Under the pieces are notes generated by a model, which worked only from the letters and a program-made list of their open reading frames with translations, was not told where the DNA came from and made no database searches. DNA of 64,000 bases from a bacterium. Its GTDB lineage: Bacteria > Zhuqueibacterota > QNDG01 > DSAB01. The position numbers and the translations under genes are program-made. Where the stretch lies: contig DSAB01000122.1 of the NCBI GenBank assembly GCA_011388275.1, forward strand, positions 15,491-79,490, given 5' to 3'. Numbering within the stretch: position 1 is the stretch's first letter; each line of letters begins with the position of its first letter. Below, piece after piece: positions 57,028 through 64,000 of the stretch.

Positions 57028-57243
57028 TGCAAAGGGTCCGCATCGTCCATTTCCTGCACGGGATAAAACAAGCTGGTATCTCTTTTGCAGCTCTTTAATC
57101 TTTAATGCGGTCCGGAAACAGAATCGACTGAAAACAGACCGGCATGCCGGACGAAAGCGGCTGTTTTTCGCCAATCCATCGTGTGTTCGGCGTATACGTC
57201 TATCGAAACCATGCAGATTCAAACAAACAGGAGGATGTGACAT

Positions 57244-58916
57244 TGAATGTGAAACGCGCTTTGATCAGTGTATCCGATAAAACCGGCATCATTGAATTGG
57301 CAAACGGCTTGAAGGATCTTGGAATAGAAATTATCTCAACAGGGGGAACGGCCCGTCTGTTAGGCGATAAAGAGATTCCCGTCATACCCGTTGAAAAGAT
57401 AACCGGTTTTCCAGAAATGATGGACGGACGGGTCAAAACCCTGCATCCAAAGATTCATGGGGCTTTTCTCGGTCTTCGTGAAAATCCGGAACACGTCAAG
57501 CAGGCTGAGTCCATGAATATTCAATGGATCGACCTGGTTGTAGTCAACCTGTATCCATTTGAAAAGACTGTAGCCGGCAGCGATGTGAACCTCGAAGAGG
57601 CTGTCGAGAATATCGATATCGGCGGACCCGCCATGCTGAGAAGCGCAGCGAAAAACTACCGGCATGTCGCGGTGGTAACCGATCCGGCTGACTATCCGGT
57701 GATTCTGGATGAGCTCAAGACTGGAGAAATCTCTCTTGAGACCCGACAGCGCCTGGCTGTACGGGTATTCAGAAGAACAGCCGATTATGACAGCGCCATC
57801 GACCGTTATCTGTCTGAAACATTAATGGATGAAAAGATTCTAAGGCTGCACTATGAAGGGGGAGAAACGCTTCGCTATGGAGAAAACAGCCATCAGCGGG
57901 CCCTGTTTTATCGGGACAGGAACTGCGGTGAACCGTCAGTGGCTGATGCGGATATTCTTAACGGAAAGGAAATGTCGTATAATAATTATATCGATGCTGA
58001 CGCGGCTCTTGAGGCGGTGAAGGATTTACCGTCCTGTGGCGTTGCAGTCATAAAACATACCAACCCGTGCGGATACGCCACAGGAAAGAGTCCGGCTGAA
58101 GCCCTGGAAAGAGCCTGGGCCGGAGATCCCATCAGCGCTTTCGGTTCGGTAATCGCCTGCAACAGCCGTGTCGACCTGGCCTTTGCGCAGTTCCTGAAAG
58201 GAAAGGATGTCCGTCATGTCGGATATATTGTCCGCGACGGCAAGATGCTTCCCCAGGATCTTCCGGGCAAATTCGTGGAAGTCATCATCGCTCCGGGTTA
58301 TGATGACGAGGCCCTGGAACTCCTGAGCCGGACCAAAGCCCTTCGTCTTCTTCGAATCCGTGAATTGAAGGATTATACGGCGGAACTCCTGACATTCAGA
58401 AAAATTACCGGCGGCATGCTGCAAATGGAGAGGGATTTAGCCGTGATGGAGTCGTTTCAGGTTGTCACCAAGCGGTCCTTTGACGAGGAAAAGACGGCAC
58501 TGGCCGAATTCACGATGAAAGCGTGCAAGCACACCAAATCCAATGCCATCGTACTCGGGAGAGCGTATGGTTCCGGATCGTTTCAGTTGATCGGTATGGG
58601 GGCCGGGCAGCCCAATCGTGTGGATTCATTGAGGAAGCTGGCTGTCATCAAGGCCATGGAGAACCTTCAGATTGAATACGATGCCTGTCAGCCCGGAGAA
58701 TCTTTGATCGATTATACCAGAAAAGCGATGGGTGAGATGGTTCTGGCTTCCGATGCGTTTTTCCCCTTTGATGACACGGTTCGTGCGGCCGCGGAATACG
58801 GCATACGCTATATTGTTCAGCCGGGAGGATCCAAAAGGGATCAGGATTCCATTGACGCGTGCGACGAATTGGGGATGGCTATGGCATTCACCGGAATGAG
58901 ACATTTCAGACACTAA
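57244..58916 (+). CDS. purH: Bifunctional AICAR transformylase / IMP cyclohydrolase
   Basis: MGS-like N-domain (KRALISVSDKTG…STGGTA) and AICARFT domain. TTG start at 57244 with AGGAGG RBS 9 nt upstream. The ORF-track ATG at 57144 is unlikely. Confidence 0.9.
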
Positions 58917-58929
58917 AGTCGGAGATACA

Positions 58930-59961
58930 ATGGGCTGGTCGCTTTGGAGCTTTATAAGCAGTGATATCGCGATGGATCTTGGAACTGCCAATACTCTGAT
59001 CTACGTGAAACGCAGAGGCATTCTTCTCAATGAGCCTTCGGTTATCGCTGTTCGAAAAGAAGATTTTCAGGTACTGGCAGTAGGCCGGGAAGCCCGGGGG
59101 ATGTGGGGCAAAACACCGGAAGAGATCATGACGGTTCGACCGATGAAGGACGGTGTCATCGCTGATTTTGATCTGGCTGAAATGATGATTAAAAAATTTA
59201 TCAGGAAAGTGCAGGTCAAACATTTTTTTCATCCGATCATGACCATCTCCATACCGTCCGGGATTACGGAAGTGGAAAGACGGGCGGTCCGCGATTCGGG
59301 GGAACATGCCGGAGGACGGGAGGTCTATCTCATCGAAGAACCCATGGCTGCCGCGATCGGTGTCGATCTTCCTGTTGAAGATCCGGTCGGCAGTATGGTC
59401 GTTGATATCGGCGGCGGCACGACGGAGATCGCGGTTGTGGCTATGTCCGGCATTGTCACCAAGATTTCCATCCGAATCGCCGGTGATGAAATGAACGATG
59501 CCATCGTCCAGTATTTTAAAAAGAAATACAATCTGCTGCTGGGCGAGATGATGGCCGAACAAATCAAGATCGATTCCGGATCCACTCGTCCTTTCAAGGA
59601 CTTGAGTAAAGTACCGGTTCGGGGACGAGATTTGATTACCGGTATACCCAGAAACATGGAAGTCGCCGCCGATGAGATACAGGACGCTCTGGAAGAGCCG
59701 GTCAGGGCCATTGTCGAAGCCGTACTGCTGGCCCTGGAAAAAACCCCGCCGGAACTGTCATCGGATATTCTCGAGAGAGGTATTATCATGACCGGGGGCG
59801 GATCTCTGCTGAAGGGGCTGGATGCGCGTTTACGGAAAGAAACCAATATTCCGGTTAATCTGGCTGAAGATCCGCTGACCGCCGTGGTTCGCGGTGTGGG
59901 AAAAGTGCTGGAAGATCTGGATCGGTATAAACGAATTCTGAATTTAAAGGCAAGACGATAG
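58930..59961 (+). CDS. mreB: Rod shape-determining protein MreB
   Basis: Actin-fold phosphate motifs (DLGTANTLIYV; DIGGGTTEIA; MTGGGSLL). Confidence 0.95.
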   Translation: MGWSLWSFISSDIAMDLGTANTLIYVKRRGILLNEPSVIAVRKEDFQVLAVGREARGMWGKTPEEIMTVRPMKDGVIADFDLAEMMIKKFIRKVQVKHFFHPIMTISIPSGITEVERRAVRDSGEHAGGREVYLIEEPMAAAIGVDLPVEDPVGSMVVDIGGGTTEIAVVAMSGIVTKISIRIAGDEMNDAIVQYFKKKYNLLLGEMMAEQIKIDSGSTRPFKDLSKVPVRGRDLITGIPRNMEVAADEIQDALEEPVRAIVEAVLLALEKTPPELSSDILERGIIMTGGGSLLKGLDARLRKETNIPVNLAEDPLTAVVRGVGKVLEDLDRYKRILNLKARR

Positions 59962-59969
59962 GATCGAAA

Positions 59970-60764
59970 ATGGAGAATGCCGGCGGTTTTTTAAGCAGGA
60001 CACGAAATCATTGGGTTTTGGCTGCGGCAGTCGGTATGTCTTTATTGTTGATGGCTTTGGAAGATTCGACGGCCATACTCTCTGTACGCCGGGCAATTCA
60101 CGGTGTTATCGGTTATTCTGTAAAAGTACTGGATATTCCGCCTCGAATGGTCAGCGCTCGAAAACGGGTCGTTCAATTGCAAAAAGACCTGGGTGAAGTC
60201 GAATTTGAACGCATGCAGTATGAAGAGATCCTTCGGGAAAACCATCATCTCCGCAGGCTTATGGGTTTCAGAGAGAGGACCGATTTTGACCTCATACCCG
60301 CGAGGGTGACGGGTATCGGAGCTTCGAGTATTCGGGGTGCCGTTTTTCTGGATGTGGGTTGGAAAAATGGCGTCGAGAAGAATTGGGTACTCATCACGGA
60401 TCAGGGCGTCGTAGGCCGCGTTCTTTCTGTCAGCGAGGAGTCATCTATGGGTCATCTGCTGACAGATCCCAATTTTCGTATCAGCGTCAGGGTTCAGCGC
60501 AGCCGGGTGATGGGTATTGTCAGATGGGAGTACGGCAACGTCTGTGTGATGGAGGGAGTGTCACGCAGCAGCGACGTAAAAGCGGGAGATCGGATTGTCA
60601 CTTCCGGATTCAGCCGTATTTATCCGCCGGGCCTTGCCGTTGGAGTTGTTTTCGAAGTCTCCATCGATGAAGACAGCCTTTTCAAGGTCATTCGTCTGAG
60701 AACCGCTGTGGATTTCAACACGATAGAGGAGGTGCTGATCATCAGACCGGGTGAAGAGGTCTAA
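59970..60764 (+). CDS. mreC: Rod shape-determining protein MreC
   Basis: N-terminal TM/coiled-coil, C-terminal beta-rich domain. Conserved mreBCD order. Confidence 0.8.
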   Translation: MENAGGFLSRTRNHWVLAAAVGMSLLLMALEDSTAILSVRRAIHGVIGYSVKVLDIPPRMVSARKRVVQLQKDLGEVEFERMQYEEILRENHHLRRLMGFRERTDFDLIPARVTGIGASSIRGAVFLDVGWKNGVEKNWVLITDQGVVGRVLSVSEESSMGHLLTDPNFRISVRVQRSRVMGIVRWEYGNVCVMEGVSRSSDVKAGDRIVTSGFSRIYPPGLAVGVVFEVSIDEDSLFKVIRLRTAVDFNTIEEVLIIRPGEEV

Positions 60765-61269
60765 TAGAATGGAATCCGTGGTAAAATGGATTGTACGAAT
60801 CATCGGTGTATATGGGCTGATAGTTGCCCAGACATTTGTTGCGTCGAAAATCCGTGTTCTGGGTGTCGGACCGGATTTTATCCTTTTGGGTGTCGTTATC
60901 TGGTCATACGGTCGAACACGGGTACAATCGGTGGCTGCAGGATTCTTTATGGGATTGTTTCAGGATCTGGCCGGAATGGGGCTGATCGGATTGAATGCGC
61001 TGGCCAAAGCCGTTACCTGCTACCTGTTGGGCGCATGGATTTCAGACAGGCCGGTGGAGGGTTTGGGGCTGCGCTCCGTCACGCTTTTTACAGCCGCTGT
61101 TATCCATTCCCTCATCGTCTCCCTGTTTTTCACTCGTGATGCGAATATGGGCTATCCGGTTTACCTGTTTCGCTACGGCTTTCCCCAGGCTGTTTATACA
61201 ACACTGACGGGTGTGCTGTTTTTTCTGTTGGCTTTGACCTGGGAGATGCGGATGAGGGATCGGTCGTGA
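60751..61269 (+). CDS. mreD: Rod shape-determining protein MreD
   Basis: 172 aa polytopic membrane protein directly after mreC. Confidence 0.7.
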   Translation: MKRSNRMESVVKWIVRIIGVYGLIVAQTFVASKIRVLGVGPDFILLGVVIWSYGRTRVQSVAAGFFMGLFQDLAGMGLIGLNALAKAVTCYLLGAWISDRPVEGLGLRSVTLFTAAVIHSLIVSLFFTRDANMGYPVYLFRYGFPQAVYTTLTGVLFFLLALTWEMRMRDRS

Positions 61270-63026
61270 AGGCCCTGGACTCGGTACGGGATCGTCAGGT
61301 CAGAATTATCAATCTCTTTATTATTGGTGCCTTCGGACTCCTTTTACTGCGGTTTTTTCAGCTCCAGGTACTTGGTGTGTCTGAATACAGGGCCTGGTCG
61401 GATCGGAACAGCGTTCGACAGATTTCCGTTCCGGCGAATCGAGGGAAGTTGTATGATCGGACCGGGCACATTCTGGTGGATAACCGCCCCAGCTATTCTC
61501 TGTTCGTCATCCCGTTCGAATACAACAGGAATCCTGTGGATGCGGACCTTCTGGACGATCTGATTGGGATGTCACCCGCGAACATCGAGAGCCGTATTCT
61601 GGAGGTTGGGGGAAATCCGTTTACACCGGTTCGCATTATCCGTGACATGGATTTTGAAACGCTCTCAACTGTCGAAGAAAACAGGCTGGATCTGCCCGGT
61701 GTGTTCTTCCAGATAGAACCCGTTCGAACATATCCTTCCGAAGTTTCCGCCAGTCACGTTCTGGGCTATCTTGGAGAAGTGACCAGGAAGGACATCCGGA
61801 TGCACGGGAATCTGCGTCAGGGTGAAATAATCGGAAAGAACGGTTTGGAACGGCGATATGACGGACTGCTGCGCGGCGTAAAGGGTTATCAATACATGGA
61901 AGTGGATGTCAGAGGCCGGGAAGTGGGAAATTTCGGAAAACGGCGTGACCTCTTACCGGTTACCGGTTATGATCTGTCTCTGACTCTGGACCACGAGATT
62001 CAGCGATTGGCTGAGTCGCTCCTGAAGGGCGCAGGGGCGGTGGTTGTGATGGATCCGTTTAATGGAGATATTTTGGCCATGGCGAGCAAACCCGACTATT
62101 CTCTGGAAAGTTTCGCTCGGGGAATGACACCGGATTCCTGGGATGCATTGCGCACGGATCCCAAGCGGCCGCTTCTGAACAGGCCGGTTCAGGCACAGAT
62201 CCCTCCGGGATCCACCTGGAAGCTGGTGACAGCAGCCGCTGCTTTGGAGAACGAACTGGTTTCTGCGAAAGACACGATATTCTGTGAAGGATATTTCCGT
62301 CTGGGCAGCCGGATCTATCAATGCTGGCGACCCTTCGGGCATGGATCCGTGGATATCATAAAGGGTTTGAAAGAGTCCTGCAATGTATTTTTCTATCAGT
62401 TGGGGCTGCGTGTTGGTGTTGAACTGATGGAAAAAACCGGGCGCCGTATCGGAATGGGCCGGATTTCTCAAATCGATCTGGACGAAGAAGCTCCGGGATT
62501 ATTGCCCGATGAAAAATATCTGGATCAAAAGTACGGGGAAAAAGGTTGGACTCGAGGTTTAATGGCCAACATGGCTGTGGGACAGGGTGATCTTCTGGTT
62601 ACTCCGATTCAGATGGCCCGGCTGACTGCGTTTATAGCCACAAAGGGAGTTCTTCCAGTACCCCGAATTGTCAAGGCCTGGCGCAGAAATGCTCTGGAGA
62701 CCTGGACGAATATCGAAATTCAGACAAGTCATGTCATGTTCAGACACGACGTTTTCTCAACGCTGGAGGAAGGCATGCTGCGAGCTGTCAATGAATCCGG
62801 TGGAACGGCGACGGCGTCCCGGGTTCCGGGATGGGATGTGTGCGGTAAAACCGGCACCGCCGAGAATCCTCAAGGGGCTCCTCATGCCTGGTTTGTTGGC
62901 TATGCGCCACGAAAGAATCCAAGGGCCGTGGTGGTTGTGCTGCTGGAGAACGGAGGAAGCGGAGGCATAGCCGCAGCGCCTGTCGCGGGCCGGCTTTTCA
63001 GGAAAATGGCGGAAAAATGGCCTTAA
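61266..63026 (+). CDS. mrdA: Penicillin-binding protein 2 (elongasome transpeptidase)
   Basis: N-terminal TM, dimerisation domain, transpeptidase motifs STWK (…GSTWKLV…), SCN (…SCNVFF…) and KTGT (…GKTGTAE…). Confidence 0.9.
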   Translation: MKALDSVRDRQVRIINLFIIGAFGLLLLRFFQLQVLGVSEYRAWSDRNSVRQISVPANRGKLYDRTGHILVDNRPSYSLFVIPFEYNRNPVDADLLDDLIGMSPANIESRILEVGGNPFTPVRIIRDMDFETLSTVEENRLDLPGVFFQIEPVRTYPSEVSASHVLGYLGEVTRKDIRMHGNLRQGEIIGKNGLERRYDGLLRGVKGYQYMEVDVRGREVGNFGKRRDLLPVTGYDLSLTLDHEIQRLAESLLKGAGAVVVMDPFNGDILAMASKPDYSLESFARGMTPDSWDALRTDPKRPLLNRPVQAQIPPGSTWKLVTAAAALENELVSAKDTIFCEGYFRLGSRIYQCWRPFGHGSVDIIKGLKESCNVFFYQLGLRVGVELMEKTGRRIGMGRISQIDLDEEAPGLLPDEKYLDQKYGEKGWTRGLMANMAVGQGDLLVTPIQMARLTAFIATKGVLPVPRIVKAWRRNALETWTNIEIQTSHVMFRHDVFSTLEEGMLRAVNESGGTATASRVPGWDVCGKTGTAENPQGAPHAWFVGYAPRKNPRAVVVVLLENGGSGGIAAAPVAGRLFRKMAEKWP

Positions 63027-64000
63027 AAAATCGCTTTGAATTAAGAACCTGGGACAGACCGCTATTGGGAGCCATCCTGGGCTTGATGATCGCTGGATTG
63101 TTCTGTCTTTACAGCGCGACTTCACGCGATGGTTCATTGTGGAATCCTTTCAACAAACAGATTATCTGGATGCTTCTGGGATGGGGCGTCATCATCGGAA
63201 TGATGTTCATACCAACACGTTTCTTCTATCGTGGTGCGTATTTGTGGTACGGATTATCCATTGTTTTACTTGCTGCCGTTCTTGTTCGGAGTGGAAGAGG
63301 GGTCAACCGCTGGATTGATCTTGGAGTTATTCAATTTCAGCCTTCGGAGCTTGCCAAAGTCGCCTCCATTCTTTTGATGGCCAAAATACTCTCTGAAGAT
63401 CGTGTCGACCGATTTAACTGGAAAAGAGGCCTGCTGGCAGGAGCGACTGTAATACCGCCCATGCTGCTCATCGCCCGGGAGCCGGACATCACAACCGCTC
63501 TGGTATTTATTCCCATGGCCCTGATCATGCTGCTCTGGGCGGGCATGCCTTTCAAGTGGCTTGTGTGGATCATCTGTCCCGCTCTGGGTTTCTTTGCCGG
63601 ATTTGTTCCTGTTCTTCTGGCTGTATTGATTCTTGTTCTGATTTCGGTCATGGTATTAAAACGAATGCGCTGGGTCATGATTGGCCTTCTTGTGGGGAGT
63701 TGTCTGGCGGTCGGTCTACTGGCTCCTTCGATCTGGTCTCAAATGGAGCCGTATCAGCAGCAGCGGATAATGATTTTTCTGGGGATGAGATCCGATCCTC
63801 ATGGCGCTGCCTATCAGGTTATTCAATCCAAGGTCGCCATCGGGTCCGGGGGTATCATCGGCAAAGGATTTCTGCAGGGGTCACAAACCCAGCTACGATT
63901 TCTGCCGGAGCAGCATACGGATTTTATTTTTTCGGTACTTGGAGAAGAGTTCGGTTTTATCGGCGCGGCACTGGTCATGATACTGATTGTCACCCTGCTT
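63017..64000 (+). CDS. mrdB: Peptidoglycan glycosyltransferase RodA (SEDS family), 3' truncated by the window end
   Basis: [24 protein letters not shown]… start overlapping the mrdA stop. SEDS signature …[27 protein letters not shown]… near the window end. Confidence 0.85.
   Translation, partial: MALKNRFELRTWDRPLLGAILGLMIAGLFCLYSATSRDGSLWNPFNKQIIWMLLGWGVIIGMMFIPTRFFYRGAYLWYGLSIVLLAAVLVRSGRGVNRWIDLGVIQFQPSELAKVASILLMAKILSEDRVDRFNWKRGLLAGATVIPPMLLIAREPDITTALVFIPMALIMLLWAGMPFKWLVWIICPALGFFAGFVPVLLAVLILVLISVMVLKRMRWVMIGLLVGSCLAVGLLAPSIWSQMEPYQQQRIMIFLGMRSDPHGAAYQVIQSKVAIGSGGIIGKGFLQGSQTQLRFLPEQHTDFIFSVLGEEFGFIGAALVMILIVTLL

Noticed and set aside
57028-57243. A 216-nt gap between purN and purH is a classic location for a ZTP (pfl) riboswitch. 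It contains hairpins (CTGCA…TGCAG; palindrome CCGGCATGCCGG) and a CGTATACG palindrome.
   Set aside because: I could not find the conserved ZTP elements (the GGGUCGUGAC-UGGCG 5' subdomain and the CCGGG/GCC pseudoknot partner) by eye. I treat it as an ordinary promoter/leader for purH (TTG start with AGGAGG RBS). An Infernal scan with RF01750 would settle it.
1-64000. Search for CRISPR arrays, tandem repeats and mobile elements (transposase/integrase, or an integration next to tRNA-Leu)
   Set aside because: - No regularly spaced direct repeats of 25-40 nt, no cas-like ORFs, no transposase/integrase/recombinase-like ORFs.
- The tRNA-Leu gene is flanked by housekeeping genes (ktrA, tig) without a 3' duplicated tRNA fragment.

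Overview
The window is a 64-kb chromosomal segment from what looks like a strictly anaerobic bacterium: GC is roughly in the low 50s by eye, and marker genes include Rex, two-subunit 2-oxoacid:ferredoxin oxidoreductase, two [NiFe]-hydrogenases, DUF1847 and ApbC. It is gene-dense and mostly on the + strand. I saw no CRISPR array, transposase or integrase. All calls rest on reading the translated ORFs for motifs; no database search was run.

Gene content in order:
- **Housekeeping block 1 (12-7358):** ybeY with an anomalous N-terminus, corC, ktrB/ktrA-like K+ uptake genes, tRNA-Leu(TAG), tig, clpP, clpX.
- **Unknown-function pair (7405-11802):** a 1020-aa double activase-like ATPase plus a 432-aa partner.
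- **11940-18285:** OPT transporter, korA/korB, and a cytoplasmic histidine kinase.
- **Candidate system, minus strand (18274-22073):** a REC response regulator with a GcvH-like C-terminal domain, translationally coupled to a 1011-aa HEAT-repeat / NB-ARC-like P-loop NTPase / WD40 beta-propeller protein, with the histidine kinase convergent on it. I judge this the most interesting locus in the window.
- **Hydrogenase locus 1 (22488-27609):** rex followed directly by a group-3b (sulfhydrogenase-type) beta-gamma-delta-alpha [NiFe]-hydrogenase and its maturation endopeptidase.
- **Hydrogenase locus 2 (28116-39774):** a 16-gene cluster combining a second sulfhydrogenase-like beta/gamma NAD(P)H module with a group-4 (Mbh/Mbx/Ech-type) membrane [NiFe]-hydrogenase core and a full Mrp antiporter module.
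- **Lower-GC island (about 40100-43650):** MerR-like regulator, alpha/beta-hydrolase-like protein, B12-binding radical SAM enzyme.
- **Minus-strand Fe-S-related operon (43726-46596):** NifU-like, FmdB zinc ribbon, ApbC, DUF1847, adenylate-kinase-like.
- **Housekeeping block 2 (46743-64000):** folK, a deoxynucleoside kinase, ridA, HD and PHP phosphoesterases, purF, a UbiA prenyltransferase plus CDP-alcohol phosphatidyltransferase pair, ftsY, rimO, purN, purH, and mreBCD-mrdA-rodA (rodA truncated by the window end).
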